The notes: a model not told the origin generated them from the letters alone. DNA of 64,000 nucleotides from an uncultured delta proteobacterium (GCA_963713045.1 CAVQKE010000007.1:352001-416000); one strand, 5' to 3'; positions 18,730-28,545 are shown, counted from the stretch's first letter. Made by a program: numbers and translations.

Positions 18730-19881
18730 CTAGCGCACCGCCTGCGGCAGGGAGAAGGTCGCGTCCTCGTCGCCCAACCCCACCTCCACCACGTGTTGCC
18801 AGTAGCGCAGCCCGGCCTGAAGCCTCACCTGATTCGCACCGGGAATGTGTCCCAGCACGCGGCCGGCGCCCGACACCAACCCCCGCAGGGCCGGGACGAC
18901 GAAGCGCCAGCCATTCTTCGCAAGGCCGAGGGCGTCGGCGTAGTGGTCCTCCACCAGGAAGCGCGCCACGCCATGCCCGAAGGCAGTGACTGTCTCCGCC
19001 CGGGACACCTCGGCCGGCGAGCGCGCCTCGGCGCGCGGGCTTTCCAACAGCGCCAGCGCCAGCGCGCGCGAGTCGGCGTCCGGCGGTGCTTGGGTGAGGC
19101 GGATGAGGTCCCACAAGTCCCTCGCCTCGGCCTCGGTGGAAGCCAACAAGTCCTGGCGCACGCCCAACAGCCAACCGGTGGTGCGCCACAGGTGCAGGAC
19201 GTCCGAGACTTCCTCCAGCGGGAATTTGAAGCCGAAGCGGCGCAGGCCGTCCACCACCACCAGCGAGAAGAGAAGCACCGTTCCGGCCATGTCCAGCTGG
19301 TTGATGGGACTTCCCCACCGGGTGTGGTCCCAGTCGTCCGAGGCCAGAAGGAGGCGCCGCACCTGGGCATGCATCAGCCGCACCCGCGCCGTCGCGACAA
19401 ATCCAGGCGCCCCTGGACGCAGGCCGTCGGGGAGACAGACGGCTTGCACAAAGCGTCCGGTCTCGCTGAGGCGACGCGCGGCCGAGGCCCGCAGCCGCCC
19501 GGAGAAGACAAGCGGCTTGTTTCCCGCTGGCGAGCAATAGCCAAGAATGAGCGAGCGAAAGGCCAGCACCAGCCCACCGAAAATTCCGGTGCGCAACAGC
19601 ACCGCGCCCCCGCGTGCGGCGCGCGGGTAGTCCACCCAAAAGGGCACTTCAAGCAGGCCATCCCGGAAGCGGCGCAGCGCTTTCGGCGCGCGCTTCGGAT
19701 TGCCCAGGGACAGCGCCTGAGTCACCAGGGACTCGCGCACCTGGGGACCGACGCCGGCCAGCGCCTCCACCGCCTCATCCGCTGGCGGGTCCCCCAGGGA
19801 AAGCAACGGCGCGAGGCGGTCCGCTCGCTCGCCGAAGCGCGCACGCGCTTGTTCCAAGTGCACCAGTCGGCGGGGCGTCAC
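18730..19881 (-). CDS. MpaB/Lcp-like (DUF2236) haem oxygenase family protein
   Basis: GDPPADEAV, RRLSETGRF, ARVRLMHAQVR, WGSPINQLDMAGT, HLWR..GWLLGV; GTG start approximate. Confidence 0.85.
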   Translation of the reverse strand: MTPRRLVHLEQARARFGERADRLAPLLSLGDPPADEAVEALAGVGPQVRESLVTQALSLGNPKRAPKALRRFRDGLLEVPFWVDYPRAARGGAVLLRTGIFGGLVLAFRSLILGYCSPAGNKPLVFSGRLRASAARRLSETGRFVQAVCLPDGLRPGAPGFVATARVRLMHAQVRRLLLASDDWDHTRWGSPINQLDMAGTVLLFSLVVVDGLRRFGFKFPLEEVSDVLHLWRTTGWLLGVRQDLLASTEAEARDLWDLIRLTQAPPDADSRALALALLESPRAEARSPAEVSRAETVTAFGHGVARFLVEDHYADALGLAKNGWRFVVPALRGLVSGAGRVLGHIPGANQVRLQAGLRYWQHVVEVGLGDEDATFSLPQAVR

Positions 19882-20074
19882 GACGCTAGCTGGTAACCGG
19901 CGCCGGGGCGCCCTGCTTGACGGGCGCCCGTGGCTGGGGCAAAAGCCGCGGCCGGCGTCTCGAGGGGTCCACGAGGCGCCACCCCAACGCTTCCTCCGGG
20001 GCCCGCCATCGGGGTGGGATGCCGGGCGAGCAGGGGGACGCACTTTTCGGACCTGCTGCAGAGAAGGGTGTCCC

Positions 20075-20830
20075 ATGGCCAGTGACGCGAATGTCCTCAA
20101 CGCCAAGCCGCGCGAGGGCGCGGGGAAGGGCCCGGCGCGCCGCCTGCGCGCCCAAGGGCTGGTGCCGGCCATCGTGTACGGGCGCGGACTGCCTGCCCCG
20201 GCGCACATTGCTCTGGACCCGCACGAAGTGAGGCGCGCCATTGCCACCCCCCTCAAATTCAACACCCTTTTGACGCTGCGGGTGGAGGGGCAGGAGGAGC
20301 GTCGGGTGCTGCTGAAGGACTACCAGCAGGACCCCGTGACCCGAGAAATGCTGCACGCAGACTTCCTCGACGTGCGCGCAAACGAAGAGGTGAAGGTGAA
20401 TGTCCCCCTGGTGCTGGTGGGCAAGCCGGAGGGCGTCGTCGCCGGCGGCATCCTCAGCCAAAACCGTCGCGACATTGAAGTGTACGTCCTGCCCAGCGCA
20501 ATTCCGGAGAAGCTGGAGGCGGACGTCACCCACCTGAAGGTGGCGCAGTCGCTCCACATTCGTGACGTCAAGTTTCCCGCAGGAGTCCGGGTGAAGACGC
20601 ACGTCAACTACACCCTGGCGGTGGTGAACGTGCCGGAGAAGGAAGAGATTCCGGTGGCGGTGGCCGCACCGGTCGCGGGCGCGGCGGTGCCTGGGGCCCC
20701 GGCTCCGGCCGCGGGCGACGTCAAGGGCGCGGCTCCCGGCGCCCCTGGCAAGGGGGCGGCCCCGGCGGCGGCAGGGGACAAGGCCGCGCCTCCGCCCGCA
20801 GCTGGCAAGAAGGACGACAAGAAGAAGTAG
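20075..20830 (+). CDS. rplY: 50S ribosomal protein L25 / general stress protein Ctc
   Basis: GKGPARRLR..GLVPAIVYG, HADF, GV..GGIL; followed by pth. Confidence 0.97.
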   Translation: MASDANVLNAKPREGAGKGPARRLRAQGLVPAIVYGRGLPAPAHIALDPHEVRRAIATPLKFNTLLTLRVEGQEERRVLLKDYQQDPVTREMLHADFLDVRANEEVKVNVPLVLVGKPEGVVAGGILSQNRRDIEVYVLPSAIPEKLEADVTHLKVAQSLHIRDVKFPAGVRVKTHVNYTLAVVNVPEKEEIPVAVAAPVAGAAVPGAPAPAAGDVKGAAPGAPGKGAAPAAAGDKAAPPPAAGKKDDKKK

Positions 20831-20843
20831 CCAAGGCCCAGGC

Positions 20844-21410
20844 GTGAAGCTCATCAGCGGACTGGGGAACCCGGGTGGAGAACACGCCGGGGACAGGCAC
20901 AATGCCGGCTTCCTGGTGGTGGACCGCCTCTCGGCGCGCCTCTCCATCCCGCTGGACAGCACGAAATTCGACGGCCAGCTGGGGACGGGCCGCCTCGGCG
21001 TGGAAAGGCTCCTCCTCCTGGAGCCACAGACGTACATGAATCTGTCTGGGCAGTCGGTGGCGGCCGCGGTGCGCTTCTACAAGCTTGCCTTGCAAGACGT
21101 GCTGGTGGTGCACGATGAGTTGGACCTCCCCTTCGGCCGCCTCCAGCTGAAAAGCGCCGGGGGCACCGCCGGCCACAACGGCCTGCGCAGCATTGTTGCC
21201 AGCCTCGGCGAGGACGGCTTTGCCCGGCTAAGGGTCGGCGTCGGGAAGCCCGAAGGCAAGGAACGGACGGTGGGCCATGTCCTGTCGGGCTTCAGCAAGG
21301 AGGAGCGCTCCGCCCTTCCCGAAGTGCTTGAACGGGCGGCGGACGCTGCCCTGGGCTGGGCCACCCTCCCGCTGGCGGAGGCCATGACGCGCTTCAACCG
21401 CAAGGGCTAG
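20844..21410 (+). CDS. pth: Peptidyl-tRNA hydrolase
   Basis: GLGNPG, RHNAGF, PQTYMNLSG, HDELD, GHNGLRSI. Confidence 0.97.
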   Translation: MKLISGLGNPGGEHAGDRHNAGFLVVDRLSARLSIPLDSTKFDGQLGTGRLGVERLLLLEPQTYMNLSGQSVAAAVRFYKLALQDVLVVHDELDLPFGRLQLKSAGGTAGHNGLRSIVASLGEDGFARLRVGVGKPEGKERTVGHVLSGFSKEERSALPEVLERAADAALGWATLPLAEAMTRFNRKG

Positions 21411-21594
21411 CCGGCACGGGTTTCCCCCGCCGGGCTTGGGGGGGGAAGGCTTCCTGGCCTTGACTTCCGGGTCCCGAGACCGCTACGTACCCGCCCCCTT
21501 CCTTCGCCGGCCAAAAGGCTTCTTTGTAAACGGAGGCTTTCTTCCAGCCGAGGCAGGGGCAGCAAGCGCGGTGGTGACGGGCGCGCACATTTCC

Positions 21595-21695
21595 CGTCCC
21601 CGGGTGGGTCGCTCCAGGGCAGCCCCTCCGCTCCCCGCTTCCCAAGGGCCCCAAGAAGCTTTCGGGCCCCCGGGCGGCACCATCCCAAGGGGACG
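21595..21695 (+). promoter_or_regulatory. Putative structured rpsF leader sequestering the Shine-Dalgarno (S6:S18 autoregulatory-type)
   Basis: CGTCCCC-GGGTGGGTCGCTC (from 21595) can pair with GGGCGGCACCATCCC-AA-GGGGACG (to 21695), which contains the rpsF RBS. Confidence 0.45.
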
Positions 21696-21701
21696 AGCGA
21701 C

Positions 21702-22175
21702 ATGGCCGAGACGAACACCGCGCATCATCTGCGCGAGTACGAGACGATTTTCCTCGTCAAGCCGGACTTGACGGACGACGGTGTGGACCGAATTAAGGAC
21801 CGGGTCCGCAGCATTGTCTCCCGAGACGGCGGCAAGGTGCTGCGCTTCACGGTGCTGGGCAAGAAGCGGACGCTTTACCCGGTGGCGAAGCAGTCCCGCG
21901 CCATTTACGTCCACGCCCACTACCTGGGCGGCACGGGAATGGTGGCCGAGGTGGAGCGCAACCTGCGCAACTTCGATGAAGTGACGCGCTTCCTTTCCGT
22001 CAAGCTGGCCGACGATGTCGACCCAGAAACGCGGCCGGTGTTGGAGGACGTCCGCATGGCCGGCGACGTGGACGAGCGGCCGCCGGGCGCTCCCGGTGCG
22101 CCGGCGGCTGGCCCACGCGACAGCCTGTCGCCGGTCGGGGCCCTGGACGATGAGGAGCCGGCCGAGGAGGCCTAA
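21702..22175 (+). CDS. rpsF: 30S ribosomal protein S6
   Basis: [22 protein letters not shown], acidic C-terminal tail. Confidence 0.96.
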   Translation: MAETNTAHHLREYETIFLVKPDLTDDGVDRIKDRVRSIVSRDGGKVLRFTVLGKKRTLYPVAKQSRAIYVHAHYLGGTGMVAEVERNLRNFDEVTRFLSVKLADDVDPETRPVLEDVRMAGDVDERPPGAPGAPAAGPRDSLSPVGALDDEEPAEEA

Positions 22176-22183
22176 AGACACCT

Positions 22184-22669
22184 ATGAATGGACCGGACGC
22201 ACAAGTGGCAGTCAGTGCAGCCGCGCCAGGCGGCGGACGCAGCCCCGGCGGAGGAGGACGGCCGCCGGGCGGCGGGGGTGGAGGGGGCGGCGGAGGCTAC
22301 GGCGGTGGGGGCGGCGGGGGCGGCTACGGCGGCGGTGGGGGCGGTGGCGGCTACGGCGGCGGTGGCGGGGGCGGCGGCTACGGCGGAGGTGGGGGCGGCG
22401 GCTATGGCGGCGGCAACGGAGCCGGCGAGGACGAACGGCGTGGCACCCGGGGCGGTTTTGGGCGGAAGAAGGTGTGCCGCTTCTGCACCGAGAAGAGCAA
22501 ACCGGACTACAAGGACCAGGCGGCGCTGAAGTACTTCGTCACCGAGCGCGGCAAAATTATTCCCCGCCGCATTTCCGGCAACTGCGCCAAGCACCAGCGC
22601 CAGGTGGCGACCGCCATCAAGCGTGCGCGCGGCCTGGCCCTCATCCCCTACAACGCACTGGTGGGCTAG
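22184..22669 (+). CDS. rpsR: 30S ribosomal protein S18 with Gly/Tyr-rich N-terminal extension
   Basis: [38 protein letters not shown]. Confidence 0.96.
   Translation: MNGPDAQVAVSAAAPGGGRSPGGGGRPPGGGGGGGGGGYGGGGGGGGYGGGGGGGGYGGGGGGGGYGGGGGGGYGGGNGAGEDERRGTRGGFGRKKVCRFCTEKSKPDYKDQAALKYFVTERGKIIPRRISGNCAKHQRQVATAIKRARGLALIPYNALVG
22268..22413 (+). repeat. Imperfect ~24-27 bp tandem repeat encoding (G7-10 Y)x5
   Basis: Recurring GGCTACGGCGG(C/T/A)GG.GG.GGC units inside rpsR. Confidence 0.85.
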
Positions 22670-22678
22670 GGAGCTGCC

Positions 22679-23131
22679 ATGGCGATGAAAGTCATCCTCC
22701 GCGAGGACGTCCCCAACCTCGGTAAGTCCGGGGACTTGGTGTCCGTCAAAGCTGGTTTCGGACGAAACTACCTGCTTCCGCGCAAGCTGGCCGTGCTGGC
22801 CAATGAGTCCAACGTCCGGCAGCTGCAGCATGACCGGGAAGTCATTTCCGCCCAGCAGGCCAAGCTGCGGGGGGCCGCGCAGACGCAAGCCCAGAAGCTC
22901 CAGGCGGTGGTGGTGCGCATCAGTCGAAAGGTGGGCGACCAAGACAAGCTTTTCGGCAGCGTCACTTCGCTGGACATCGCCGAGGCGCTGGCCGCGCAAG
23001 GGCTGAAGGTGGACCGCCGCGCGATTCACCTGGCCGAGCCCATCAAGACCACTGGGAAGCACGCCGTGGAAATCCGGCTGCACCGGGAAGTCCTCTCCAC
23101 CATCCAGGTCGAGGTCTCACCGGAGGCCTAA
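22679..23131 (+). CDS. rplI: 50S ribosomal protein L9
   Basis: MKVILREDVPNLGKSGD.V.VKAGFGRNYLLP, KLFGSVT. Confidence 0.97.
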   Translation: MAMKVILREDVPNLGKSGDLVSVKAGFGRNYLLPRKLAVLANESNVRQLQHDREVISAQQAKLRGAAQTQAQKLQAVVVRISRKVGDQDKLFGSVTSLDIAEALAAQGLKVDRRAIHLAEPIKTTGKHAVEIRLHREVLSTIQVEVSPEA

Positions 23132-23228
23132 AGTCGCTTTGAAAGCCAATGCGGGCCCCGGCCATTTGCTGGGGGCTGTCAGGGAGCCGGCGGATGTTCC
23201 GGCGAGGATGAGGAGCGAGAGTCCAGCA

Positions 23229-24593
23229 ATGGCGGTGGGGCGGCTGGAGACTTCTGAGCCACGGCGGTCGCTGCAGGATTTGGCCGCCGAGCGCGCGGTG
23301 CTGGGCGCCATCCTTACCGACAACACGGTGGTGGCGGCGGTGGCCGAGGTGGTGCACCCCGACGACTTTGCCAGCCCCGGCCACGTCCACATTTTCTCGG
23401 CCATCCTCGGGCTCGACGCCACCCAGCGCCCGGTGGACCACCTCACCCTGTCCGAGGAGCTGAAGCGCCGGGGGCAGCTGCAGGCCGTCGGTGGTCCGGC
23501 CTACCTGATGTCGCTGGACCAGGTGGTCCCGGTGCCGTCCAGCGCCGTCAGCTACGCCAACATCGTGAAGGACCAGGCAGTGCGCCGCCGACTGGCCGAG
23601 GCCGGCCGGGAAATTCAAGAATTGGCCAGCCAGGACTCGGGCGAGCTGGACGCGATTCTGGACGAGGCCGAGCGGCGCGTCTTTCTGCTTGCCGAGCGCA
23701 AGCGCGAAGGAGATTTAAGGCCGGTGCGCGAGCTGATGGAGCGCACCCTCGACTTGCTGGACCGGATGAAGCTGTCGGCCACCGGCGTCACCGGCCTGTC
23801 CACCGGCTTCCTCGACCTGGACATGCAACTGACGGGCTTTCATCGCGGAGAATTGCTGGTGCTGGCCGCGCGCCCCGGCGTCGGCAAGACGTCGTTGGCG
23901 ATGAATATTGCCCTGCACGTGGCCCTCAAAGAATCGCTTCCGGTGGGGATTTTTTCCCTCGAGATGCCAGCCGACCAGCTGCTGATGCGGCTGTTGGCTG
24001 CCAGCGCCCGGGTGGACATGAAGCGGCTGCGGGGCGGACGCCTCACCGCCCATGACGAGGAGAAATTCCAGGAAGTGGCCGGAAGCCTCTTCAACGCCCC
24101 CCTTTACATCGACGACACCGGGGCCCTGTCCCCCTTCGACTTGCGGGCCAAGGCCCGGCGACTGAAGCAGAAGAATGCGCAGCTGGGGCTGTTGGTGGTC
24201 GACTACCTGCAGCTGATGCACCAGAAGGGCCGCGTGGAGAGCCGGCAGCTGGAGGTCTCGGAGATTTCCCGTTCCCTGAAGGCGCTGGCCAAAGAATTGG
24301 ACTGCCCGGTCCTCGCCTTAAGCCAGCTCAACCGAAAGGTGGAGGAGCGCAAAGGGGGACGGCCGATGTTGTCGGACTTGCGCGAATCCGGCGCCATTGA
24401 GCAGGACGCGGACGTCGTGATGTTCATCCACCGCGATGACGACGAAGACACCGACCCGGGCGGTTACGGCTCTCGGGGCGCGGTCCCGGTGGAGCTCATC
24501 ATCGCCAAACAGCGCAACGGGCCAACGGGCACCATTGACTTGGTCTTCCTCTCCGAATTCACCCGCTTCGAAAGCCGGGCCCGAGAGGCCTGA
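23229..24593 (+). CDS. dnaB: Replicative DNA helicase
   Basis: AERAVLGA, AARPGVGKT, FSLEM, VVDYLQL, LSQLNR, SDLRESGAIEQDAD, KQRNGPTG; no intein seen; start approximate. Confidence 0.97.
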   Translation: MAVGRLETSEPRRSLQDLAAERAVLGAILTDNTVVAAVAEVVHPDDFASPGHVHIFSAILGLDATQRPVDHLTLSEELKRRGQLQAVGGPAYLMSLDQVVPVPSSAVSYANIVKDQAVRRRLAEAGREIQELASQDSGELDAILDEAERRVFLLAERKREGDLRPVRELMERTLDLLDRMKLSATGVTGLSTGFLDLDMQLTGFHRGELLVLAARPGVGKTSLAMNIALHVALKESLPVGIFSLEMPADQLLMRLLAASARVDMKRLRGGRLTAHDEEKFQEVAGSLFNAPLYIDDTGALSPFDLRAKARRLKQKNAQLGLLVVDYLQLMHQKGRVESRQLEVSEISRSLKALAKELDCPVLALSQLNRKVEERKGGRPMLSDLRESGAIEQDADVVMFIHRDDDEDTDPGGYGSRGAVPVELIIAKQRNGPTGTIDLVFLSEFTRFESRAREA

Positions 24594-24619
24594 AGCCGAG
24601 GGCGGCCCCCCGGCTTTTT
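24593..24619 (+). terminator. Putative intrinsic terminator after dnaB
   Basis: AAGCCG-AGGG-cgg-CCCC-CGGCTT hairpin followed by a T run. Confidence 0.55.
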
Positions 24620-24624
24620 CCACG

Positions 24625-25347
24625 TCAACCCCGCAGGTACTGGCGCACCGCCGCCCGGGCGCGCAAGACCGCGGACTTCGGCTGAAGGCCCTGGCCCAAC
24701 CCAGTGGCCAGCGTCGAGGCAAACCGGCAGCCCGTGCCCCGCTGTGCGGAGGTGCGGCGGAGGCGGCTCCCCACAAAGCGGTGCACCGCTTCCGGCAGCA
24801 CCAGCACGTCCACCGGCGGTCCGGCCAGGTGCCCGCCCTTCACCACCACCGCACCGAAGCCGTCGGCCCGAAGCGCCGTGGCGAGTCGGCAGACGGCGTC
24901 CAGGCCCTCGGGCACGTCGCGCCGGCCGAGGAGCCAAGCCAATTCCTGGACGTTGGGCGTCAGCCACACCCACGGCCGGGCGAGGGCGCGGAAGTCTGCG
25001 GGACGAAGCCGAGAGAGGCGCTCTCCCCGGGAAGTCCGCACCACCGGGTCCACCACCACTGGCACACGCAGCCGGACCAGGCGGGGCCACAGCACGGCCA
25101 ACGCCCGCCCATCCGGCACCATCCCCAGCTTCACGCTGTCGGGGCGACGGTAGGCGAGGACCGCCTCCAGCTGGGCGGCCAGCAGCGCCCCGGGCGCCGG
25201 CTGACAGTGGAAGGCGCGTCCCTGCGCGGTGAGGGCGGTGGCCAGGCCGAAGGGGACACCGCCCGCGGTGGCCACCGCCGCCACGTCGGCCAGCAGCCCG
25301 ACGCGGCCGGTCGCCTCGAGGCCTGCGGCCACCAGGACGGCCGGCAC
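24625..25347 (-). CDS. thiD: Hydroxymethylpyrimidine/phosphomethylpyrimidine kinase
   Basis: AGLEATGRVGLLAD, VKLGM, VVDPV, LTPNVQE, VVKGGH, RGTGCRFAS; in a run with thiE. Confidence 0.88.
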   Translation of the reverse strand: MPAVLVAAGLEATGRVGLLADVAAVATAGGVPFGLATALTAQGRAFHCQPAPGALLAAQLEAVLAYRRPDSVKLGMVPDGRALAVLWPRLVRLRVPVVVDPVVRTSRGERLSRLRPADFRALARPWVWLTPNVQELAWLLGRRDVPEGLDAVCRLATALRADGFGAVVVKGGHLAGPPVDVLVLPEAVHRFVGSRLRRTSAQRGTGCRFASTLATGLGQGLQPKSAVLRARAAVRQYLRG

Positions 25348-25348
25348 A

Positions 25349-26095
25349 CTAGCGACGCGTCTCACGGGCCTTCTGCACCAGCGCCCGGTACAGCCCCAGC
25401 TGCAAGGGCATACTCTGCAGGAGCAGCTCCGGGTGCCACTGGACGCCGAGTGCGAAGGGATGTTCTGTGGATTCAATGGCCTCCACCACCCCGTCCGGGG
25501 AGGAGGCGCTCACCCGCAGCGTCGGCGCCACCTGGGAGACGGCTTGGTGGTGGGTGGAATTCACCATCAGCTGACCCCGACCCAGCACCTCGGCCAGCGC
25601 GGAGCCTTCGCGCACGTCCACTGGGTGGCTGGGCTGTGTCCTGTCGTTGCGCTGTTCGTGCTCCTTGGCGCCGCGCAATTCCCGGCGCAAGTCCTGGTAC
25701 AGCGTCCCGCCGAGGACGACGTTGAGAAGTTGCATGCCGCCGCAAATGGCGAGAATCGGGAGTTTTCGTCGCAGGGCGGTCTGCAGCACCAGCGTCTCGA
25801 AGGCCGTCCGGCTGGGCTTCAACGCGCCCAGCCCTTCGCGCGGTGCCTCCCCGTAGGCCTCCGGAGGCACGTCGAAGGCGCCTCCCGTCACCACCACCCC
25901 GGACACCCTGTCCAGGTAGCCGTCCACCACCGCCACTTCGACGCTGAAGGGCAGCACCAGCGGAAGCCCCCCGGCCCTTAGCACTGCATCGGCATAGGCT
26001 GTCTTGAGGACGTAGCGGGAAGCGTCGCCTTCCCCTTCGACGTCCGGGGTAATGCCCACCAGCGGTCGGCGCAGCGGGGTGCCGTGCGGTCTCAC
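25349..26095 (-). CDS. Peptidase C26 / gamma-glutamyl-GABA hydrolase family glutamine amidotransferase
   Basis: PLVGIT, TGGAFDVPP..YG, ILAICGGMQLLNV, VNSTHHQAV, GVQWHPE; GTG overlaps thiE stop. Confidence 0.92.
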   Translation of the reverse strand: MRPHGTPLRRPLVGITPDVEGEGDASRYVLKTAYADAVLRAGGLPLVLPFSVEVAVVDGYLDRVSGVVVTGGAFDVPPEAYGEAPREGLGALKPSRTAFETLVLQTALRRKLPILAICGGMQLLNVVLGGTLYQDLRRELRGAKEHEQRNDRTQPSHPVDVREGSALAEVLGRGQLMVNSTHHQAVSQVAPTLRVSASSPDGVVEAIESTEHPFALGVQWHPELLLQSMPLQLGLYRALVQKARETRR

Positions 26096-26742
26096 CCCTT
26101 TGGTATCCCTCGTTCCTCGACGCCGCGCAGGAATTCTTCCTGCAGCAGCCCGACGGTGTGCGCAATGTCCGATGCCGACAGCAGGTTCGACACGACGGCT
26201 GCGCCATACGCCCCGGCGCGGGCCACCGCGCGGATGGAGGAGAGGCCAATGCCGCCAATGGCCACCACCGGAAGGGGGCTCTCCGCCGCCACCCGGGCCA
26301 GCCCCTCGACGCCGAGGAGGGGCGCTGCCACCACCTTGCTGCCAGGGCGGAAGACGGGGCCGAGGCCCACATAGTCGGCGCCGGCAGCCCGCGCCGCCCG
26401 TGCCCCTTCTGCGCTGCGCACCGTCACCCCCACCAGCGCCTTTGGCCCCAGCAGCTGTCGTGCTTCGTCGGCGAGGAGGTCCTCCTCGCCGAGGTGCACC
26501 CCGTCGGCCCCACACAGCAAGGCCCAGTCCACCCTGTCATTCACCAGAAATACCGTCCGGGCGGCCCGGGCCTCGGCCGCCACCTGGCGGCCGAGGGCCA
26601 CCGCCGCTGCCCCTTGGGTGCGCTTCAGCCGCAACTGCAGCACCGGCACCCCACCCCGCAGCAGCGCCTCCACTTGGGCCAGGACGGGCACGTCGGGGCG
26701 GGCGGTGTCATCCGCCAGGGCATAGAGGCCAGGGGGAAACAT
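26092..26742 (-). CDS. thiE: Thiamine-phosphate synthase
   Basis: LQLRLK, VNDRVD, DGVHLG, DYVGLGPVF, VVAIGGI. Confidence 0.95.
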   Translation of the reverse strand: MFPPGLYALADDTARPDVPVLAQVEALLRGGVPVLQLRLKRTQGAAAVALGRQVAAEARAARTVFLVNDRVDWALLCGADGVHLGEEDLLADEARQLLGPKALVGVTVRSAEGARAARAAGADYVGLGPVFRPGSKVVAAPLLGVEGLARVAAESPLPVVAIGGIGLSSIRAVARAGAYGAAVVSNLLSASDIAHTVGLLQEEFLRGVEERGIPKG

Positions 26743-26843
26743 GGGGTGGTCAGCCCGAGTGCCCTTGGACGCCGCGGGCCCGTGCGCTAAAAGTCCCGCG
26801 CCCGGGGCATTCCCGGCAAGGACTGGAAGAGGCTTCCCCCCGT

Positions 26844-27026
26844 ATGGCTGACACCGTGGATTCCAAGCAATTCGACAAGCGCACCGCCGCCCGTTACCGG
26901 GAGTCCGGCCTCCTCGACGAGAAGGCCTGGGAGAAGCACCTCAAGTCCCTTCCGGACTTGGCCGAGGACGCTCTCACCGTGGACACCCGGATGAGCTCCG
27001 AGCCGGACGAAGACAGGGACGGCTGA
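26844..27026 (+). CDS. Small hypothetical protein (60 aa)
   Basis: MADTVDSKQFDKRTAARY...KHLKSLPDL; GC3-rich codons, GAAGAGG upstream. Confidence 0.75.
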   Translation: MADTVDSKQFDKRTAARYRESGLLDEKAWEKHLKSLPDLAEDALTVDTRMSSEPDEDRDG

Positions 27027-27049
27027 CAAGCCGACAAGGGGCAGCCACT

Positions 27050-27349
27050 GTGGGCGAACGGCGCGGGGAAAGCTTCGTCATTCAGGACCCGCCGACGACC
27101 TCGGGCCGAGTCGACTTCACCACTTTTCTGCTTGGGCTGGCCAGCTCCGCCCTCATCCACATGGGGGCCACGCCCCATCCCGAGACGGGGCTGGTTCAGC
27201 GGGACGACGTTCTCGCCCGGCAGAGCCTCGACCTTTTGGCGCTGCTGAAAGAAAAGACGCGCGGCAACCTCTCCCTGGAAGAGGAGCGGCTCTTCACGAC
27301 GCTGCTCACGGACTTGCGTCTCAAATTCCTCGGGACCCCCCCGCCTTGA
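27050..27349 (+). CDS. DUF1844 domain protein
   Basis: VDFTTFLLGLASSALIHMG..PHPE...LARQSLDLL.LL.EKTRGNL..EE. Confidence 0.88.
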   Translation: MGERRGESFVIQDPPTTSGRVDFTTFLLGLASSALIHMGATPHPETGLVQRDDVLARQSLDLLALLKEKTRGNLSLEEERLFTTLLTDLRLKFLGTPPP

Positions 27350-27970
27350 GCGGCAGCGGCGGCGAGGTCCCGGGCCGCCTGCGCCTGGCCTCCCTTCTGA
27401 GCGTGGTGTTGAGCGGGCTGTGCGGCCTCTTCTCGGCCTGGGATGCTTTTTCCCTCCTCCGTTTGGATGAGTTGAGGAAAGCCCAGCCCCTCTTCAAGCC
27501 CGTCGGAGACGCGGCCCTCGCCGAGCGGCTGTGGGCCTCACGGCTGCTGGCGCTGGAGCACATGCGCGAGCCGCGGATGGTGGTCCTGTTCGCGTTGGCG
27601 TTGGCCTGTTCCTTAACCTTCGTTGCTTCCAGCCGGCTGCTTCGTCCGGCAGGGCTGCCCCGGGAGGGAGTCCGGCGCGTCCTCATCTGGGGGTTGGTGG
27701 TGGCGGCGGCGCTGCGCACCATCAACGGGGCCCAGGACACGGTGCTCGACCAAGGGACGGCCGACATCATGCCGGGGGAGTTTGACGCTGCCCGAGGGGC
27801 TGTCGCAGCACAGCGCGGAGGAGGTACGGCGCCTGCTGGGGCCGGCCATCTTCCTCTTCACCATCGCGCGGACCGTCCTGGTGGTCGGCCCCTTCCTCTT
27901 TTTGAGCCAGTATTTCCGTTCGCCGGCCGTCAAAGAATGGGTCACCCGCCAGGACGCCGCTTCCCCATGA
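27346..27970 (+). CDS. Hypothetical membrane protein; 1-nt frameshift in the G-run at 27774-27778
   Basis: TM helices in the 27346 frame continue as ...GSLTLPEGL...IFLFTIARTVLVVGPFLFLSQYFRS in the frame ending 27970; that stop overlaps the next ATG (ATGA). Confidence 0.65.
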
Positions 27971-28545
27971 CGTCAGCCAATCCAGCCCCGCAGCAACGCC
28001 ACGCCGACCGGGCGGCACTGCGCGTCATCATCGTTTACAAAGCCTTCAAGGGGCTCCTCTCCGTCGTCGCGGGCATCATCATCGGCGGCGCCGTTCTCTT
28101 CGGCTTCGGGCCGAAGCTTCAGGCGCACGCCGCCCACGTGCACGAGCACGTCACCCGCGCCTGGGCCCTGCACGCCGCCGAGCTGCTCGCCAAACTGACC
28201 ACCCCCCGCTGGCTGCGCTGGTCCGCGGTGGCGCTGGAACTGGACGGCGCCGTGAACTTCCTCGAGGCCTGGGCCCTGCGCGAGGGCCACGCCTGGGGCC
28301 CCTGGGTGGTGGTGGTGATTACCGCCCTGTTTTTGCCGCTCGAAGTCGTGGAGTTGTGGCGACACCCGAGTCCCGTCCGGGCAGGCCTGCTGGTGGGAAA
28401 CCTGGTGATTCTGGTCTTCCTCATCTGGTACGCGCGGCGCCACGCCTCAGCGTTGGGGCGCCGAGGCGCACCTCCGGCGCCACCCACGGCGCCCGCTGCT
28501 TCAAGCCCTCCCGCACCCCCAGCGACTCCGGCCGCGTCGGCCTGA
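27967..28545 (+). CDS. DUF2127 family membrane protein
   Basis: LRVIIVYKAFKG...LEAWAL..GHAWGPW....TALFLPLEV.EL...GNLVI..FL. Confidence 0.8.
   Translation: MTSANPAPQQRHADRAALRVIIVYKAFKGLLSVVAGIIIGGAVLFGFGPKLQAHAAHVHEHVTRAWALHAAELLAKLTTPRWLRWSAVALELDGAVNFLEAWALREGHAWGPWVVVVITALFLPLEVVELWRHPSPVRAGLLVGNLVILVFLIWYARRHASALGRRGAPPAPPTAPAASSPPAPPATPAASA

Noticed and set aside
23229..24593. Intein in DnaB
   Set aside because: Normal length with contiguous motifs
27346..28545. 399-aa membrane fusion protein in the ORF track
   Set aside because: Artefact of the indel at 27774-27778; two genes coupled by ATGA at 27967-27970 fit better
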